Shown here one piece after another: positions 49,201 to 62,700 of a stretch of DNA of 64,000 nucleotides. A model generated the notes under the pieces. The model did no database searches and had not been told where the DNA came from. It worked only from the letters and a program-made list of their open reading frames with translations. How positions within the stretch are numbered: position 1 is the first letter of the stretch; the number at the start of each line of letters is the position of its first letter. Source of the stretch: Pristiophorus japonicus (Eukaryota); contig NC_091985.1 of assembly GCF_044704955.1 (NCBI RefSeq), positions 108,872,001 through 108,936,000 on the forward strand, given 5' to 3'. The translations under genes were made by a program, and so were the position numbers.

Positions 49201-51817
49201 CTTCCACTCTACATGCGTACTCAGACTCCAAAATTGAGGTACTTGGGGTCATATCTGTCCCGATATACTACAAGGACATAACATTGGAGAACTTTACCTT
49301 TTATGTCGCGAAGGCACAAAGCCTCATGGGTGTTGACCTTTTTGACAAGCTTGGATTAAAATTTACAACCCAACTGGCACACCTGTGCACACGGTGGACT
49401 TTGACAAACAATATCCCTCAATCTTCACAGGGTTTGGTGTGGCAACAAAATTCTGCCATCGTCCCCGCGTTGACCCTACCATCAAACGGTTACGCAGCGA
49501 CTTCGCGGCTCCCATTCACGGTCCGCGACCAAGTATCCGCAGAATTAGTGTGACTCGAATCTCAGGGAATCATTGAGAGCATCGACTCCTCACCCTGGAT
49601 CTCAAACTTAGTCATTGCTTGGCGTAACAATGGAGAGATCTGTCTAGGCATTGACCTAAAAGAGGTCAACAAGGCCATCATCCCCGACACGTACCCTCTT
49701 CCTACCAGCAATAAACTGTCTTTAGAATTCCACGGCTCAATAGTCTTTATGAAACTCGACAGGCACCGCAGTTATCTGCAAATATCCCTAGCGGAGGACA
49801 GCAAACCGCTCACGGCATTCATGATGCATGATGGTCTGTATGAGTATCGACGTATGCACTACTATCTTCTGCACCAAGTAAATTTCAGAAGATTGTCACT
49901 ACTATGTTAGCAGGTATAGAGGGAGCCCTCAATCTGCTTGACGATATTGTCGTCCATGGACGGACAATGGAAGAACATGACCAACGACTTCACGCAGTTA
50001 TGGCTAGACTTGCTACACATAACATTATACTTAATGCCGATAAGTGTACATTCGCTGCTGGAGCAATAAACTTTCTGGGCTACAGAGTCACAGCACGGTA
50101 ACATTGACGCGATCCAGCGAATGCAGGAGGCTACCAACATTAAAGAACTTTCATCATTCCTCAGCACTTGCAACTTCTATCTGAAGTTCGTCCCGCACTA
50201 TGCGCACGTTGCCGAACCACTTCATAAGTTGCTGCGCAAGGACGTCCCTTGGGAATGGACAGATTCCCAGGCTCAGGCATTCACCATGCTTAAGGAGAAA
50301 ATCACATCTCCTCTTATCCTCGCGCACTTTGATGCGAATGCCACAACATATGTCACCACGGATGCATCAGGCACCACCATGGGTGCTGTGCTCTCGCAAT
50401 GGATTGACGGCCTGGAATGCCCAGTGGCCTTCGCCTCTCGCACGCTCTCATCTGCAGAACGTAATACTCTACAGGAGAATGCGCAGCACTCGCGTGCATC
50501 TACTCATGTGAACGCTGGCACATCTACCTCTATGGCAGGAGATGTATCCTCTGCACGGATCACCAAACGCTAACTACATTACTGGCTACAACTGGATCTG
50601 GGCACAGACCAGTACGAATCAGCCGATGGTCAGATCGCCTTCATCAGTATAACTTTGATGTACAGTACATCGCTGACAGTCGCAACCATGTAGCTGACAT
50701 GCTCAGCCGCTCGACACCTGCTTCGGACTCTGGTGCTGACTTATTCACAGATGACGGCACATATGTTACATCGATCATCACTCAGTCCATCAGAAACCTT
50801 GTCTCCTGCGACAAACTCAAAACTGAATCACAGCGTGATGCTACACTGCAGCATGTGAGCCACTTCCTCCAGACTGAGTGGCCTAAGCAAATTCCGGAAG
50901 AGCTGAAAACATTCTACAGACTTTCCGATGAATTTTCCATTTGGAATGATGGCTGCCTAACTCGTGGTGATAGGGCAATAATTCCCAAGTCACTTCAACA
51001 GCGCGTTCTCTCGTTGGCACACGATGGACACCCTAGCATTGTCCACATGAAGCAGGGATGTCGTGATTCAGTATGGTGGCCTGGGATTGACACTCGCATC
51101 GAGGAGTTTGTCTCACACTGCGAAGCATGCAGTCTGAGTGAAAAGGCCAAAAACATCCGACCAGCGCCAATGAAGACCAATCCATGGCCACAAAAACCAT
51201 GGCAACAACTTCAGTTGGATATCTTCGGTCCAGTTGAAGCAGCTCCACAACACCAGCGTTTCCTTGTTGTAGTATATGATCTGCATTCCAAATGGCCAGA
51301 AATCGCTACAAGTTCAGTGACCTCATCAACGATCGGCACTATTCTGCAGCGTATGTTCATGAAGTGGGGCCTTCCAGAGGTCATAATCACTGACAATGGA
51401 GCACAGTTTGTGTCCGACCAGTTCGCGGATTTTCTCATTCGTCATGCTATCGAGCATCACCTTACTGCTCAGTACAATCCTCAAAGCAACGGAGGTATTG
51501 AGCATTTTAACTGCGTCATCAAAGAGGGTTTGAAAGCCAAACTCGCAGCAGGCCAAACATTCTCCGCACATACCATGCGACAAAGCACTCGCTAACGGGG
51601 AAGACACCCCCTGAGCTCATTATTGGGCGGAATCTTCGCTGACTACTGGACATCCTCAAACCCCCAGCCAAACCTAGCGTGAAGTGATCAGCAGGATGGA
51701 ATAGAGGCACCGTTTTGTTTCCCAACTGATAACCTCGATCAAACACCACCAGCACCACGCCAGTCTCAGCGTATCAGAACATGACCTGGCTATCTCAAGG
51801 ACTTTGTCTGTACATAG
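46263..51817 (+). pseudogene. pol: Second-lineage Gypsy gag-pol (gag interrupted at ~46490-48502)
   Basis: Motifs AILIHCL..EGQRIF, CFNCG..H...CSACGKMNHFASAC, LIDLG, NLLDD, TTDASG, HDGHP, QLDIFGP, TDNGAQF, SNGGIE. Confidence 0.9.
46490..48502 (+). mobile_element. 3' half of a main-lineage Gypsy (RNase H, integrase, PPT, 3' LTR 48292-48502) nested in the gag of the second-lineage element
   Basis: ETDHKPL, HVDYAGP and RRSTRERKAPDRLTL. G-run PPT at 48273-48286. Host gag resumes at 48503 (NGEPIKQYI). Confidence 0.92.
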
Positions 51818-54329
51818 ACTGTGGCTTTAAAAAGGGGGGAAATATGTTGTCTTCATACTATATTTATTTGTTGAACTCACTTGACAATCATTAGGACCCT
51901 GCGGGAGCTATTCACAGTTACTGTACTCATGCTGGTTCATACCGGTTTGGGACTCCATTTTGGGTTGTATAAAAACACAGTTAAATTAAGTTACATTTCT
52001 GGCTCAGTTTGTCAGTTATTTACATGTACACAACAGCAGAGATTGCATCATATCGAGGTAACTGGCTTTAATAGATAACATTTGGTTCATGAGATCTCCT
52101 GGACGAGTTTTGATTGCCTAAGGGGGAGAGGAATTTTCCAGGCTATTTTATTTCTTATTGGCCTGAGTTTCTTCTCTCAGTTTTTCGCCTTTTCCAGGAG
52201 ATTGCATGACTGGGGAAGTGTTTCGCCTTGGTGCTCCAGCCATCATGAGGTGTGGGCAGGCTTGATGAACCAGGTGCTCTTTTCCAGCCTGTCAATTTCA
52301 TTTGAGGAAGACTGCAAAGAAGGAGAGAGTGAGAAATTGGAAGTGAAAGTTGTGGGAAGGACTGTCTAGAAAATTACAAGCTTTTTTCTATATCCTGTCC
52401 AGGGTGTGAATGAAGTGCTAGAAGAGTTCCTACAGATGTGGAAGCAGCGTTTTAGGCAAAGCTGAACTGCTTAAGTAATTGTTTGGCACAAAGAGGAAAT
52501 CAAGCTCATGAAGGTAACAGTGGAGAGAATGTAATAATTTTCTTTGAACCCTGAGGGTATAGTGGAGGGGGGGGAAATTGGTTCTTGTACCAATTTCTGG
52601 GGGCAATGCTCCACACTTCAAGGACTGAAAGCGTCCAACTCCAAATTGGGTCATATGATTTTTCAGGTATCCCTGGCAGCCAATAAAACATTCTTTAGAC
52701 TCATTACATATGTAAATGAGCGCCTTAATGCCTGTAGTGGACACACTCTGCTAACTTGGTCAATGCTCAGAGAGGCATGTGCTGGCTTTGCACTGCTTAT
52801 GGATCTACAGCAGTTGCAGCTGTTAAATGAAAAAGTCAGTTATTTTTTTAAGTTTGATGTGGAGCCGTGTACAACACTGCTGCTCCACATTCCTGCCTGA
52901 AATGAGTGAGCTGCCTCAGGAGGAACGGCAGGCCCCGGCAGCTCACCCAAATGATTGAACTGAGACCCGAGGCCTCATTTCTGGTGAGCCTCCTGGTTAG
53001 GGCACGCGCTGTTTGTGCGCCGTTGGTTATGTGCCCGGAAATTGGCCATAATCAATATCTAAAATTGTTGGCAGAGGAAGAAAGATTAAAAGTTGAGCCA
53101 TCATAGGTGGGAGCTGTAAGAATTGAAATACATGAATCAAGATGTTATGAAGAATGTGGAGGAGATCAAGATGCAGTGACTCAACTATTGTAAATCAAGG
53201 GAAATAAAGGCTGTGTGCATTGAGGGTCTTCGATCTGAAGGTGGTTGAAGAATGTAGATTGAATTCATCTTGGGATAATCAATAAGGTTGGATGGCAAAT
53301 GGAAGAGGTCACTGGTATAGAAAAGGTATAGAGTGTAAGCGAGCCCCTGAATTGCTGGAATAGGGTCAGATGGTGAACTGGCAGCTGCAGCACAGAGAGC
53401 GAGCTAGCTAACATGAAAATTAGGTTGGTCCTCGGAAAGAATAAACAAAACTTTCCATATTTGACCTTCATAGCAAGCATAGGAAAATCAGAACTAGTCC
53501 CATTGCATGTCATATGTTCTTCAGTGGATAATGTGTGCAAATGTCTGGTACAGGTTGGGTTTTACTGGCCAGCACAAACAGTTCACCATAATATTGCTGT
53601 ACACTATCTGATTTATTTCTATAATATGAGTGTCAGCTTCTTTCACTGAGATTTTGGGTTGCTCCATTGTGGCCAAGATTTCTTGGGCTTTCTTCCAATC
53701 CTTAGCAATACAGACAATTTGAAACACTTCCATACATCTGCACAACTTTTGTGATTATCTAGTTGCACGTTCCAAATGTAGCAATTTGTCACACAATGTT
53801 AGAAAATGGATTTTTGCAAAATATTACAGGTTGTCATATCACAAGTATGATGCAACATTACTGCAGAGAAATTATAATTTTTTGAAAATTTATTCCAGCT
53901 GATGAATAATGTAGTAAACTAGGCAAATAACTTAACTCTTCGGTGCTTGTGTCTGCCTTAGAATAAGACTGATCAGGCACTAAAATGCTATCTTGGTGAT
54001 CTGAATGACTGACCAACATTGTATATGAACCCACTGACATAATTGAAGATATGTATTTTAAATATTTATTCAGCTCACCAGTTGTTCAGTTATTTTCTAT
54101 TCTGTTCACCCGTACACCATTCCCCGTTTGACAGGGCAGACATGTGATCTACTCCCAGAGCTGTTCCGTAACTGCCCACTAGGAGGTGTGTGAATGCTGG
54201 CTGGGGTGATTTTTTGTGAGTGCTTATTTTGCTAATCAATGGTGAACAATGATAACACTGGGGAATGGGACACTTTCCTTTTCCAGCATCAAGCACTCCT
54301 AGATCAGGTGTTGCAGAACCACCTGCAGA

Positions 54330-57208
54330 GGGGAAAGTTCCCTCCACTTTGCCGTTTTCCATTCCCAGCAATCTTTGCTGCATATCTCAGTGATTTAGTG
54401 CTAGTTCGTGCTAAATTAGGAGCTATGCAGCAGAAGCTGTTCCGCAAAAAAGTTAATGCCGGGGCACTTAGAGACCCAGCTAAGAGAGCCCTATACAGGC
54501 AGCACCTCACAGCCAATCTGGCGGCCTTGATGACCCTGAAATGCTGAATGACCACAGTGCTTGGTCTGCCCTCCAGGCCTCTATAACCAGTGCCTGTGAA
54601 GAGACACTTGTCACTCAACCAGAAAACATCAGGACTGGTTTGATGAAAATGATCAGGAGATCGAAGAACTAATAGGTCGCAAGCGCAAAGCATTTCTGAG
54701 CCTCAAGCCTCAACCAATTCAAGAGCTGCAAAACAACATTACAGACGGCTCAAGGCTCAGGTCCAACAAAAAACCTGGGACTTAAAGAACAGGTGGTGGA
54801 TGGAGAAAGTACAGGAGATACAGCAACTGGCCGACAGCCACGATATACGAGAATTCTTCACTGCAGTCAAGGCCACCTACGGTCCAAACTCCCAAGGCCC
54901 CACCCCACTCCTGGCCAAGAACAGAGAAACACTCATCAAGGACACTGAGGCTGTCAGGGCCCGATGGAAGAAGCACTTTGAAGATCTCCTCAATCGAGAC
55001 TCTGCCTTTGACTCGAGGGTTCTCGACTCCATCCCGCAGCATGCGACCCGTCACCAACTCAGTGAAATTCCAACCTTGCACGAGGTAGGCAAAGCCATAA
55101 AACAGCTCAAGAACAACAAGGCTACGGGTGCGGATGGAATCCCTGCTGAGGTGCTAAAGTATGGCGGAGAGGCGCTGTTGGCGCGGATACATGGCCTTAT
55201 CTCTCTCATCTGGAGGGAGGAGAGCATGCCGGGAGATCTCAGAAACGCAGTGATCGTGACCATCTTTCAAAAAGGGAACAAGTCCGACTGCGGCAATTAC
55301 AGGGGAATCTCCCTGCTATCAGCCACTGGGAAGGGTGCCGCTAGAGTTCTCCTCAATTGACTTCTCCCTGTGGCCGAGGAGCTTCTCCCGGAATCACAAT
55401 GCGGATTTCGTCCCCTACAGGGCACACCAGACTTGATCTTTGCAGCACAACAGCTGCAGGAAAAATGCAGGGAGCAGCACCAGCCCTTATACATGGTCTT
55501 TTTCAATCTTACAAAGACCTTTGACATTGTCGATCGTGAGGGCCTATGGAGTGTCCTCTGTTTCGGATGCCCCCAAAAGTTTGTCAACATCCTTTGTCTG
55601 CTTCACGATGATATGCAGGCCATGATCCTTACCAACGGATCCATTATAGACCCAATCCACGTCCGGACCGAGGTCAAACAGGGCTGCGTCATCGCTCCAA
55701 CCCTCTTCTCAATCTTCCTTGCCGCCATGCTCCACCACACAATCAACAAGCTCCCTGCTGGAGTGGAACTAAACTACAGAACCAGTGGGAAGCTGTTTAA
55801 CCTGGCCGCCTCCAGGCCAGGTCCAAGATCATCCAACCTCTGTCGTTGAGCTGCAGTATGCGGACGACACCTGCGTCTGCGCACATTCAGAGGTTGAACT
55901 CCAGGATATAGTCAATGTATTCACTGAGGCATATGAAAGCTTAACATCCGTAAGACAAAGGTCCTCCACCAGCCTGTCCTCGCCGCACAGCACTGCCCTC
56001 CAATCATCAAGATCCACGGCGCGGCCCTGGACAACGTGGACCATTTCCCATATCTTGGGAGCCTCTTATCAACAAAGGCAGACATTGATGCGGAGATTCA
56101 ACATCGCCTCCAGTGCGCCAGTGCAGCCTTCAGCCATCTGAGGAAAAGTGTTTGAAGACCAGGCCCTCAAATCTACCACCAAGCTCATGGTCTATAGGGC
56201 TGTAGTAATACCCGTCCTCCTGTATGGATCTGAGGCATGGATGATGTATAGAAGATACCTCAAGTCGCTGGAGATATATCACCAATGATATCTCCGCAAG
56301 ATCCTGAAAATCCCCTGGGAGGACAGACGAACCAACATCAGTGTCCTCGTCCAGGCTAACATCCCCAGTATTGAAGCACTGACCACACTCGATCAGCTTC
56401 ACTGTCAGGCCACATAGTTCGCATGCCAGATACAAGACTCCCTAAGCAAATGTTTTATGTGGAGCTCCTTCATGGTAAACGAGCCAAAGGAGGACAGGGG
56501 AAACATTATAAGGACACCCTCAACGCCTCCCTGGTAAAGTGCGACATCACCACTGACACCTGGGAGACCCTGGCCGAAGACTGCCCGAGTTGGAGAAAGT
56601 GCATCCGGGAGGGCGTTGAGCTCTTCGAGTCTCAATGCAAAGAGCGTGAAAGTTCAAGCGCAGGCAGCAAAAGGAGCGCGCAGCAAACCAGCCCCACCCA
56701 CCCCTTCCCTCGACGAATGACTGTCCCACCTGTAACAGGGTCTGTGGCTCTCGTATCGGACTGTTCAACCATCAAAGAACTCACTTAGGGAGCGGAAGCA
56801 AGTCTTCCTCAATTCCAAGGGTCTGCCTATGATGATGAAATTAGGAGCAGGGTGCTGTGACCCCTCGTCCACTATGAATGTGGTTGAGACTACCCAAATT
56901 CAGTTTCCGTAAGACCCTTAGAACTAGGAGATTTCCTCCCATTAGCTTGAGAGTAACTTGTGTTTGGCTATAGTATTCCTTTGCCCAATTCTTCTCTGGA
57001 CCAATTAATTTACATTAAATGTTGCATGAAATGCTATCATTATTTACATAGCAACAGCAATAAATCCATCACTTTGTGCCTGATCTCAAGTCTTTTTCTA
57101 TATCTGTCTATCCCCTCTTTCTCCAAAACCACAAATCGGGAGTGAATTCCCATTTTGTACTTGGCCAAGTTTTTCCACTTAGATTATCAACGGAAGGAAT
57201 TTCACCCC
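54330..57208. mobile_element. Probable Harbinger-type MITE (~460 bp) hosting the RTE insertion
   Basis: Ends GGGGAAAGTTCCCTCC and reverse complement GGGGTGAAATTCCTTCC. Confidence 0.5.
54424..56837 (+). mobile_element. RTE-clade LINE, 5'-truncated, with 11-bp TSD AAATTAGGAGC and (TGA)n tail
   Basis: Motifs KATGADGIP, NYRGISLLS, ESQCGFR, VKQGCVIAP, QYADD, and a C-terminal CPTC...H...H finger. TSD at 54413-54423 and 56838-56848. Confidence 0.95.
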
Positions 57209-57239
57209 ACATTGGCTCTTAAACCCATTTGTACTATTT

Positions 57240-57455
57240 CCTTCTTCTGGGGACTTATCCTAAGTCTGTCATCCTCTTGGGTGAAATAGTTATACCTGAA
57301 TTCTCTGCTTACTTCTAATTTCTTAATTTATAAATTGTTACCCCAATTTTCAACCCTTTATCTAAAATAGTTTAATTAATCCCCTTTGTAATTTTGAAAA
57401 CTGCCCTCTCAGAGCCTCCTATTTTCTAATGAGAATAAACCCAAATCCTTACTGC
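57240..57455 (-). repeat. Highly degraded CR1 fragment
   Basis: CTCTTGGGTGAAATAG...CTGAATTC...TAATTTTGAAAAC...GAGAATAAACCC parallels the CR1 minus copies. Confidence 0.45.
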
Positions 57456-58939
57456 TAATGTTCTTAAATTTCTATTTCCATAATCTCCTTTATAGTAAAA
57501 CCACTAAATAGTCTGATTGATTTATCAGTTGGAGATCACTCCAAGTATCACTTGCTTTTATGCTCTGAATGGAATTGACTGCCAGATTTGCAATACTTCC
57601 CCTCCTCCATTTTTATCCTAATGTAAATTAAAATATTAGTTTCCATTACTTTGGAATATGTTCATCCTTTGCACCAATCTTTATCCGCTCTTCTTACGTA
57701 TTGAAATTTGATTAAGTCAGAAATCAAATTTTTTCTTAAATCACTTGGTACAAAATGCATCTAGAATTAGACATATAGATATCAGACGCATAAAACTAGT
57801 TGTACAGAGGATTAGTTGCCAGAGAACAGGCGTGGATCCCTGAAGGCGAATCCAGCACATGCTGAGCTCATCATAAAGAAATGCAAAGGCTTCATTCACT
57901 GAGATTGTTATATTTGGCACTTAGGAGTGCAGTGGACTGAACTGATTGAAAGTTTGGTGTTCAGACTCTGTAAGTAGTTTAATTAAAGGAGGCGTCAGAG
58001 TTCATTTTATATTGTTAGTGATTCTACCACCAACAATCTGTCAAATAAAAATAAGATTACAAAGATATAATTTTAAATTGATTACAAGGAAAGTGGCACT
58101 CGCACTCTTGCTACACCTAATATGACTACTGTTTGAATGTGGGTGGCTCACCACTCTAGCCTCACATAACCAGTCCCTCTCCGCAGGAGATTGGCCCTGT
58201 CTTCCAGGCACCATTTGTTACAGTGCAGTAGACTCAATAACATGTCCATTACTGTACCTGACCTGGAGACAGGATGGAGGGACGAGGGGCTGGGCCGGGT
58301 TAAATGTATGAATGCATTAAACATAACTTTTTTTTAAGTCCACTCAGCAACCTTAAGGTGAAATGAAAGTTACTTCTCAAAGAATGCTCCTCTGAAAAAG
58401 GAGTAAGTTTTGAAATACCTTTTTCAGTTGTGGAACAGAATTTCTTTGTAATGTTATGTAGAAAATCCATGGGACCTGAATCTAATCTTTTATTGCCTGT
58501 AATGTGTGTGCAGCGCCTCTTAGTTCCAGCAGGAGTTTGACACAGTCTCCTCACTATACATTGCTGCTGAATCTTCCTCTTTGTCTCAACAAGTCAATTT
58601 TTCACAGACAAATTTTTTATTTTCTTTCATTGATCAGAATGTTATTACATTTCTGTACAGCCAAAGTTGAAAACTTAATCTACCAGATCAACCACCCGGG
58701 ATTATGATATTCAGTGTAGGTGTCATCTTTTGGGACTTTTACACTTGATGTTTTTCCTCAGGTTCAGCATCATTCCCAAGTGTGAGCCTTCATTGCCTAT
58801 CGCCTAATACTGAGGTAAATGTAGTGATCCCAAGAGTCAAACTGAGAATCCTTGTTATTGCATTTTGTCTTATAACATATTTCTCACACCACCACTTGGT
58901 TTCCTCATCTTCAGTAGAAAAATAATCCTGCTATTCGAC

Positions 58940-59035
58940 CCTGCATTTATGACACTTTTAATGTAGGAAAACATTGCAAGGCGCTTCGCAGAGGCAAAAC
59001 CAGACAAACAAAATGGAAGATGGAGATATTAGGAG
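58940..59035 (-). repeat. SINE 3' tail remnant (L2-derived tail of DeuSINE type)
   Basis: CTGCATTTATGACACTTTTAATGTAGGAAAACATTGCAAGGCGCTTCGCAG. Confidence 0.5.
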
Positions 59036-59768
59036 CTAATTTGTTCAAGTAGAAACAGGAAGAGTATTTATGAAGCGTCATCACAAAAATTGACAGAGAA
59101 AAGTCAATAACAACAGGTGGAACAAAAAAAAGAAAACAGAAAAAATGAGGGGAGGTGATTTTAACCCTACCTGTCTGGCGCGTGTGCAGTTAGAATGATA
59201 ACTTCCTAGCACCACTTAAAGCTAGACTGCATTGCTTACAGCTAGCCTACACCTCTTAAAATGGAGGTGGATTGTGGTTAGAGCAGGTGCTTGGAGTCAT
59301 TCTACAAGTGAATCTTACCTGGCAAAGAGTGAAAAATAGCTGACCATGGGAGAGCAGGCACCCAGGTTTTCATGATGCTGCACTGGAGGTCTTGGTGGAG
59401 GAGATGGAAAGAAGGAGAGATGTCTTGTATTCTCAGGGGAGAAGGTGGTCCTCCAGACACATGATGAGAAAGCCATCGGAACAGATAGCCACGGAGATCA
59501 ATGCCAGGAGTATAGCCCCAAGGACCTGGATGCAGTGCCAAAAGAAGTTGAATGATCTCACAAGATTGGTCAGGGTCAGTGAATGCATCTTCAAATGCCA
59601 TATCCCACCAATTGCACCACTAGCTTCAGTCACTGTTCAATTCATCACATTCCCATCACTTACCGACCAGAAATCTCTATCAATCAAGACTCAACCCTAC
59701 CATTCATATATTTTTCCTCACCCTCACACACTTCAGACTGTTGCAAGCCCCATATCCACATTACACAG

Positions 59769-62700
59769 TGTCATGTATGGATGCTTGGTGTTACTAGTCA
59801 CCAGGTGGCGCCACTGTCGGAGGTCATTGGGCGTACGTACACTAAAGAACTCATAATGGTGATTGGCAGTGCAGTAGTCAAGGTGTCGTATGATGGTGCG
59901 GTTCATGATTTACCGTTATGGATTGTTTCAGGCAATGATCCAAAGCTGTTCGGCAGGAATTGGCTAGAAAAAATCAAATGGAATTGGAACGATATCAAAG
60001 CATTGTCATCGGAGGATGATACTCCACGTGCTCAAGTGCTGAGCAAGTTCCCCTCGCTGTTTGAACCAGGCATCGGCAATTTCACAGGAGCCAAGGTGCA
60101 GATCCATGTGGACTCGGATGCAAGACCTGTCCATCATAAAGCTCGGGCGGTTCCGTACATGATGTTATGTATGTAATAACTCAATAGACTGAATACTGTA
60201 AACTAAAATAGTTACAAATCTGGCTCTGCTTTATTAGGGCCCAAAGTGATGACATTACATGATGGCTTGCCTTTTATACCTGGGCCGCACACACGTGCGT
60301 ACAGCCCAATGACCTCCGACCTGGTGGCTAGTAACCCCAAGCATACATACATGACAAGGGAGAAAGTCGAAATCGAACTGGACAGACTCCAGCGAGAAAG
60401 GGTCATATCACCGGTCGAATTTAACGAATGGGGTAGTCCCATTGTTCCCGTGTCGAAGAGTGATGGCACTGTCAGGATTTGTGGGCACTACAAGGTTATG
60501 ATCAACTGAGTTTCGAAACAGGATCAATACCCGTTACCGAAGGCTGATGACCTGTTTGCAACGCTAGCCGGGGGAAGTCATTCACTAAACTGGATCTGAC
60601 GTCGGCCTACATGACACAGGAGCTGGTCGAGATGTCGAAGAAACTTATGTGCATCAACACTCATAAAGGACTGTTTTTCTACATCAGGTGTCCTTTCGGA
60701 ATTCACTCGGCTGCAGCCATATTTCAGAGGAACATGGAGAGTCTACTGAAGTCCGTCCTTAGAACCGTCGTGTTCCAAGATGACATCCTGGTCAAAGGTC
60801 GTGACACCGCCGAACATCTGAACAACCAGGAAGAGGTTCTACATCGTCTGGACAAAGTGGGACTGAAATGTTCGAAGTGCATCTTCATGGCACCGGAAGT
60901 CGAATTCCTGGGGAGGAAAATTGCTGCTGACAGTATCAGGCCTACGGACTCGATAACCAAGGCCATCAAAAATGCACCCAAGCCTCAGAATGTGACGGAG
61001 CTGTATTTGTTCCTTGGTCTACTCAACTACTTAGGTAATTTCTTACCTAGATTGAACACTTCATTAGAGCCACTGCACATGCTGCTAAGAAAAGGCGACA
61101 ACTGGGTTTGGGGTGCGACTCAAGATAGAGCTTTTGAGAAAGCTACTAATCTGCTTTGCTCTAACAAGCTGCTGGTACATTATGATCCGTGTAAGCATCT
61201 AGTATTGGCCTGTGATGCTTCATCATATGGAGTTGGTTACGTGCTCCAACAAGCAACAGGGTAAACTACAACCTGTTGCGTATACTTCTAAAAGTTTGTC
61301 AAAGGCGGAAGTTTGTCAAAGCATGGTAGAAAAAGAAGCATTAGCCTGTGTGTATGGGGTTAAAAAGATGCATCAGTACCTGTTTGGTCTTCGTTTGAAC
61401 TGGAAACAGACCACAAGCCACTCATTTCATTGTTTTCGGAAAACAAAGGTATCAATACCAATGCATCATCCCGCATCCAGAGGTGGGCACTGACATTATC
61501 TGCCTATGATTATGACATTCGCCATAGACCTGGCACTGAGAATTGTGCTGATGCATTGAGCCATCTGCCGTTGCCCACACCGGAGGTGGAAACGCCACAA
61601 CCTGCAGACCTACTGTTAGCTATGGATGCTTTTGAAAGTGAAGGAACCCCTGTCACGACTCAACAAGTTAAGACCTGGACCAACCAGGACCTGATATTAT
61701 TGGTTGTGAAACGTTGTATCCTTAGTGCTGATTGGTCTGCCATACCCAAGCAAATGGGTGATGAGACCAAACCTTACAACCGTCGCAAAGACGAACCATC
61801 CATTCAGTCAGATTGTTTACTGTGGGGTAATCGTGTTGTTATGCCTAAGAAAGGCAGAGACAAATTTGTGCATGATCTACATAGCACTCATCCCGCTTTG
61901 TCATGATGAAAGCCATTGCCAGGTCTCATGTATGGTGGCCTGGAATTGACTCTGATCTGGAATCATGTGTGCATCAGTGCAACACTTGCGTGTAGCTAAG
62001 TAAAGCACCAGCGGAATCGCTACTGAGTCTGTGGTCATGGCCATCTAAACCATGGGCCAGGATCCACATCGACTTTGCAGGTCCCTTCCTGGGAAAGATG
62101 TTTTTGGTTGTGGTGGATGCATAGTCCAAGTGGATAGAGTGTATAATCATGTCATCCAGTACATCCATAGCTACCATTGAGAGCCTTCATGTCATGTTTG
62201 CCACTCATGGCCTGCTTGACATCGTTGTAAGCGACAACGGACCTTGCTTCACTAGTCTGGAGTTTCAAGAGTTCATGAAACTCAATGATATCAAACATGT
62301 GAGGTCAGCACCATTCAAACCTGCATCTAATGGTCAAGCAGAGCGTGCTGTCCAAACCATCAAGCAGAGTATGAAACGTGTAACTCAAGGTTCACTGCAG
62401 ACTCGCTTGTCATGCATATTTCTTAGTTACAGGACAAGATCCCACACGCTTACCGGAGTCCCCCCTGCTGAACTATTGATGAAGAGAGGTCTCAAGACCA
62501 AGCTTTCTCTTGACTTGAACGATCATGTTGAATACAGACGTCAAAGTCAGCAGTGGTATCATGATCGCGCTGCTGTGTCATGCGACTTTCTGTTAACGAT
62601 CCTGTGTAAACGATGGTCAAGTTCTCAAGTCGATTGCCGGTACTGTTACGGCAAGGAGGGGAACAGAGTGTTTATCGTCAAGCTCAAGAATGGGCAAACA

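Larger units (their letters stand above)
46052..52035 (+). mobile_element. Gypsy LTR retrotransposon of a second lineage (LTRs 46052-46246 and 51845-52035), TSD GCAGA
   Basis: Paired TG..CA LTRs, 5-bp TSD, PBS TGGTGATGAGGATG, PPT AAAAGGGGGGAA. Confidence 0.96.
45920..52290 (+). repeat. Old CR1-type 3' end (45920-46051 plus 52036-52290) split by the Gypsy insertion
   Basis: TTCAAGAGTGAGCTGGAC...GGGCAGA|GATTGCATCATATCG... continues into a 3' UTR ending GGGCAGGCTTGATGAACCAG..CTCTTTTCCAGCCTGTCAATTTC. Confidence 0.6.

Noticed and set aside
53413-53745. Short ORFs in unique sequence as host exons
   Set aside because: No recognisable domain, no convincing splice-site pair, and lengths expected by chance.
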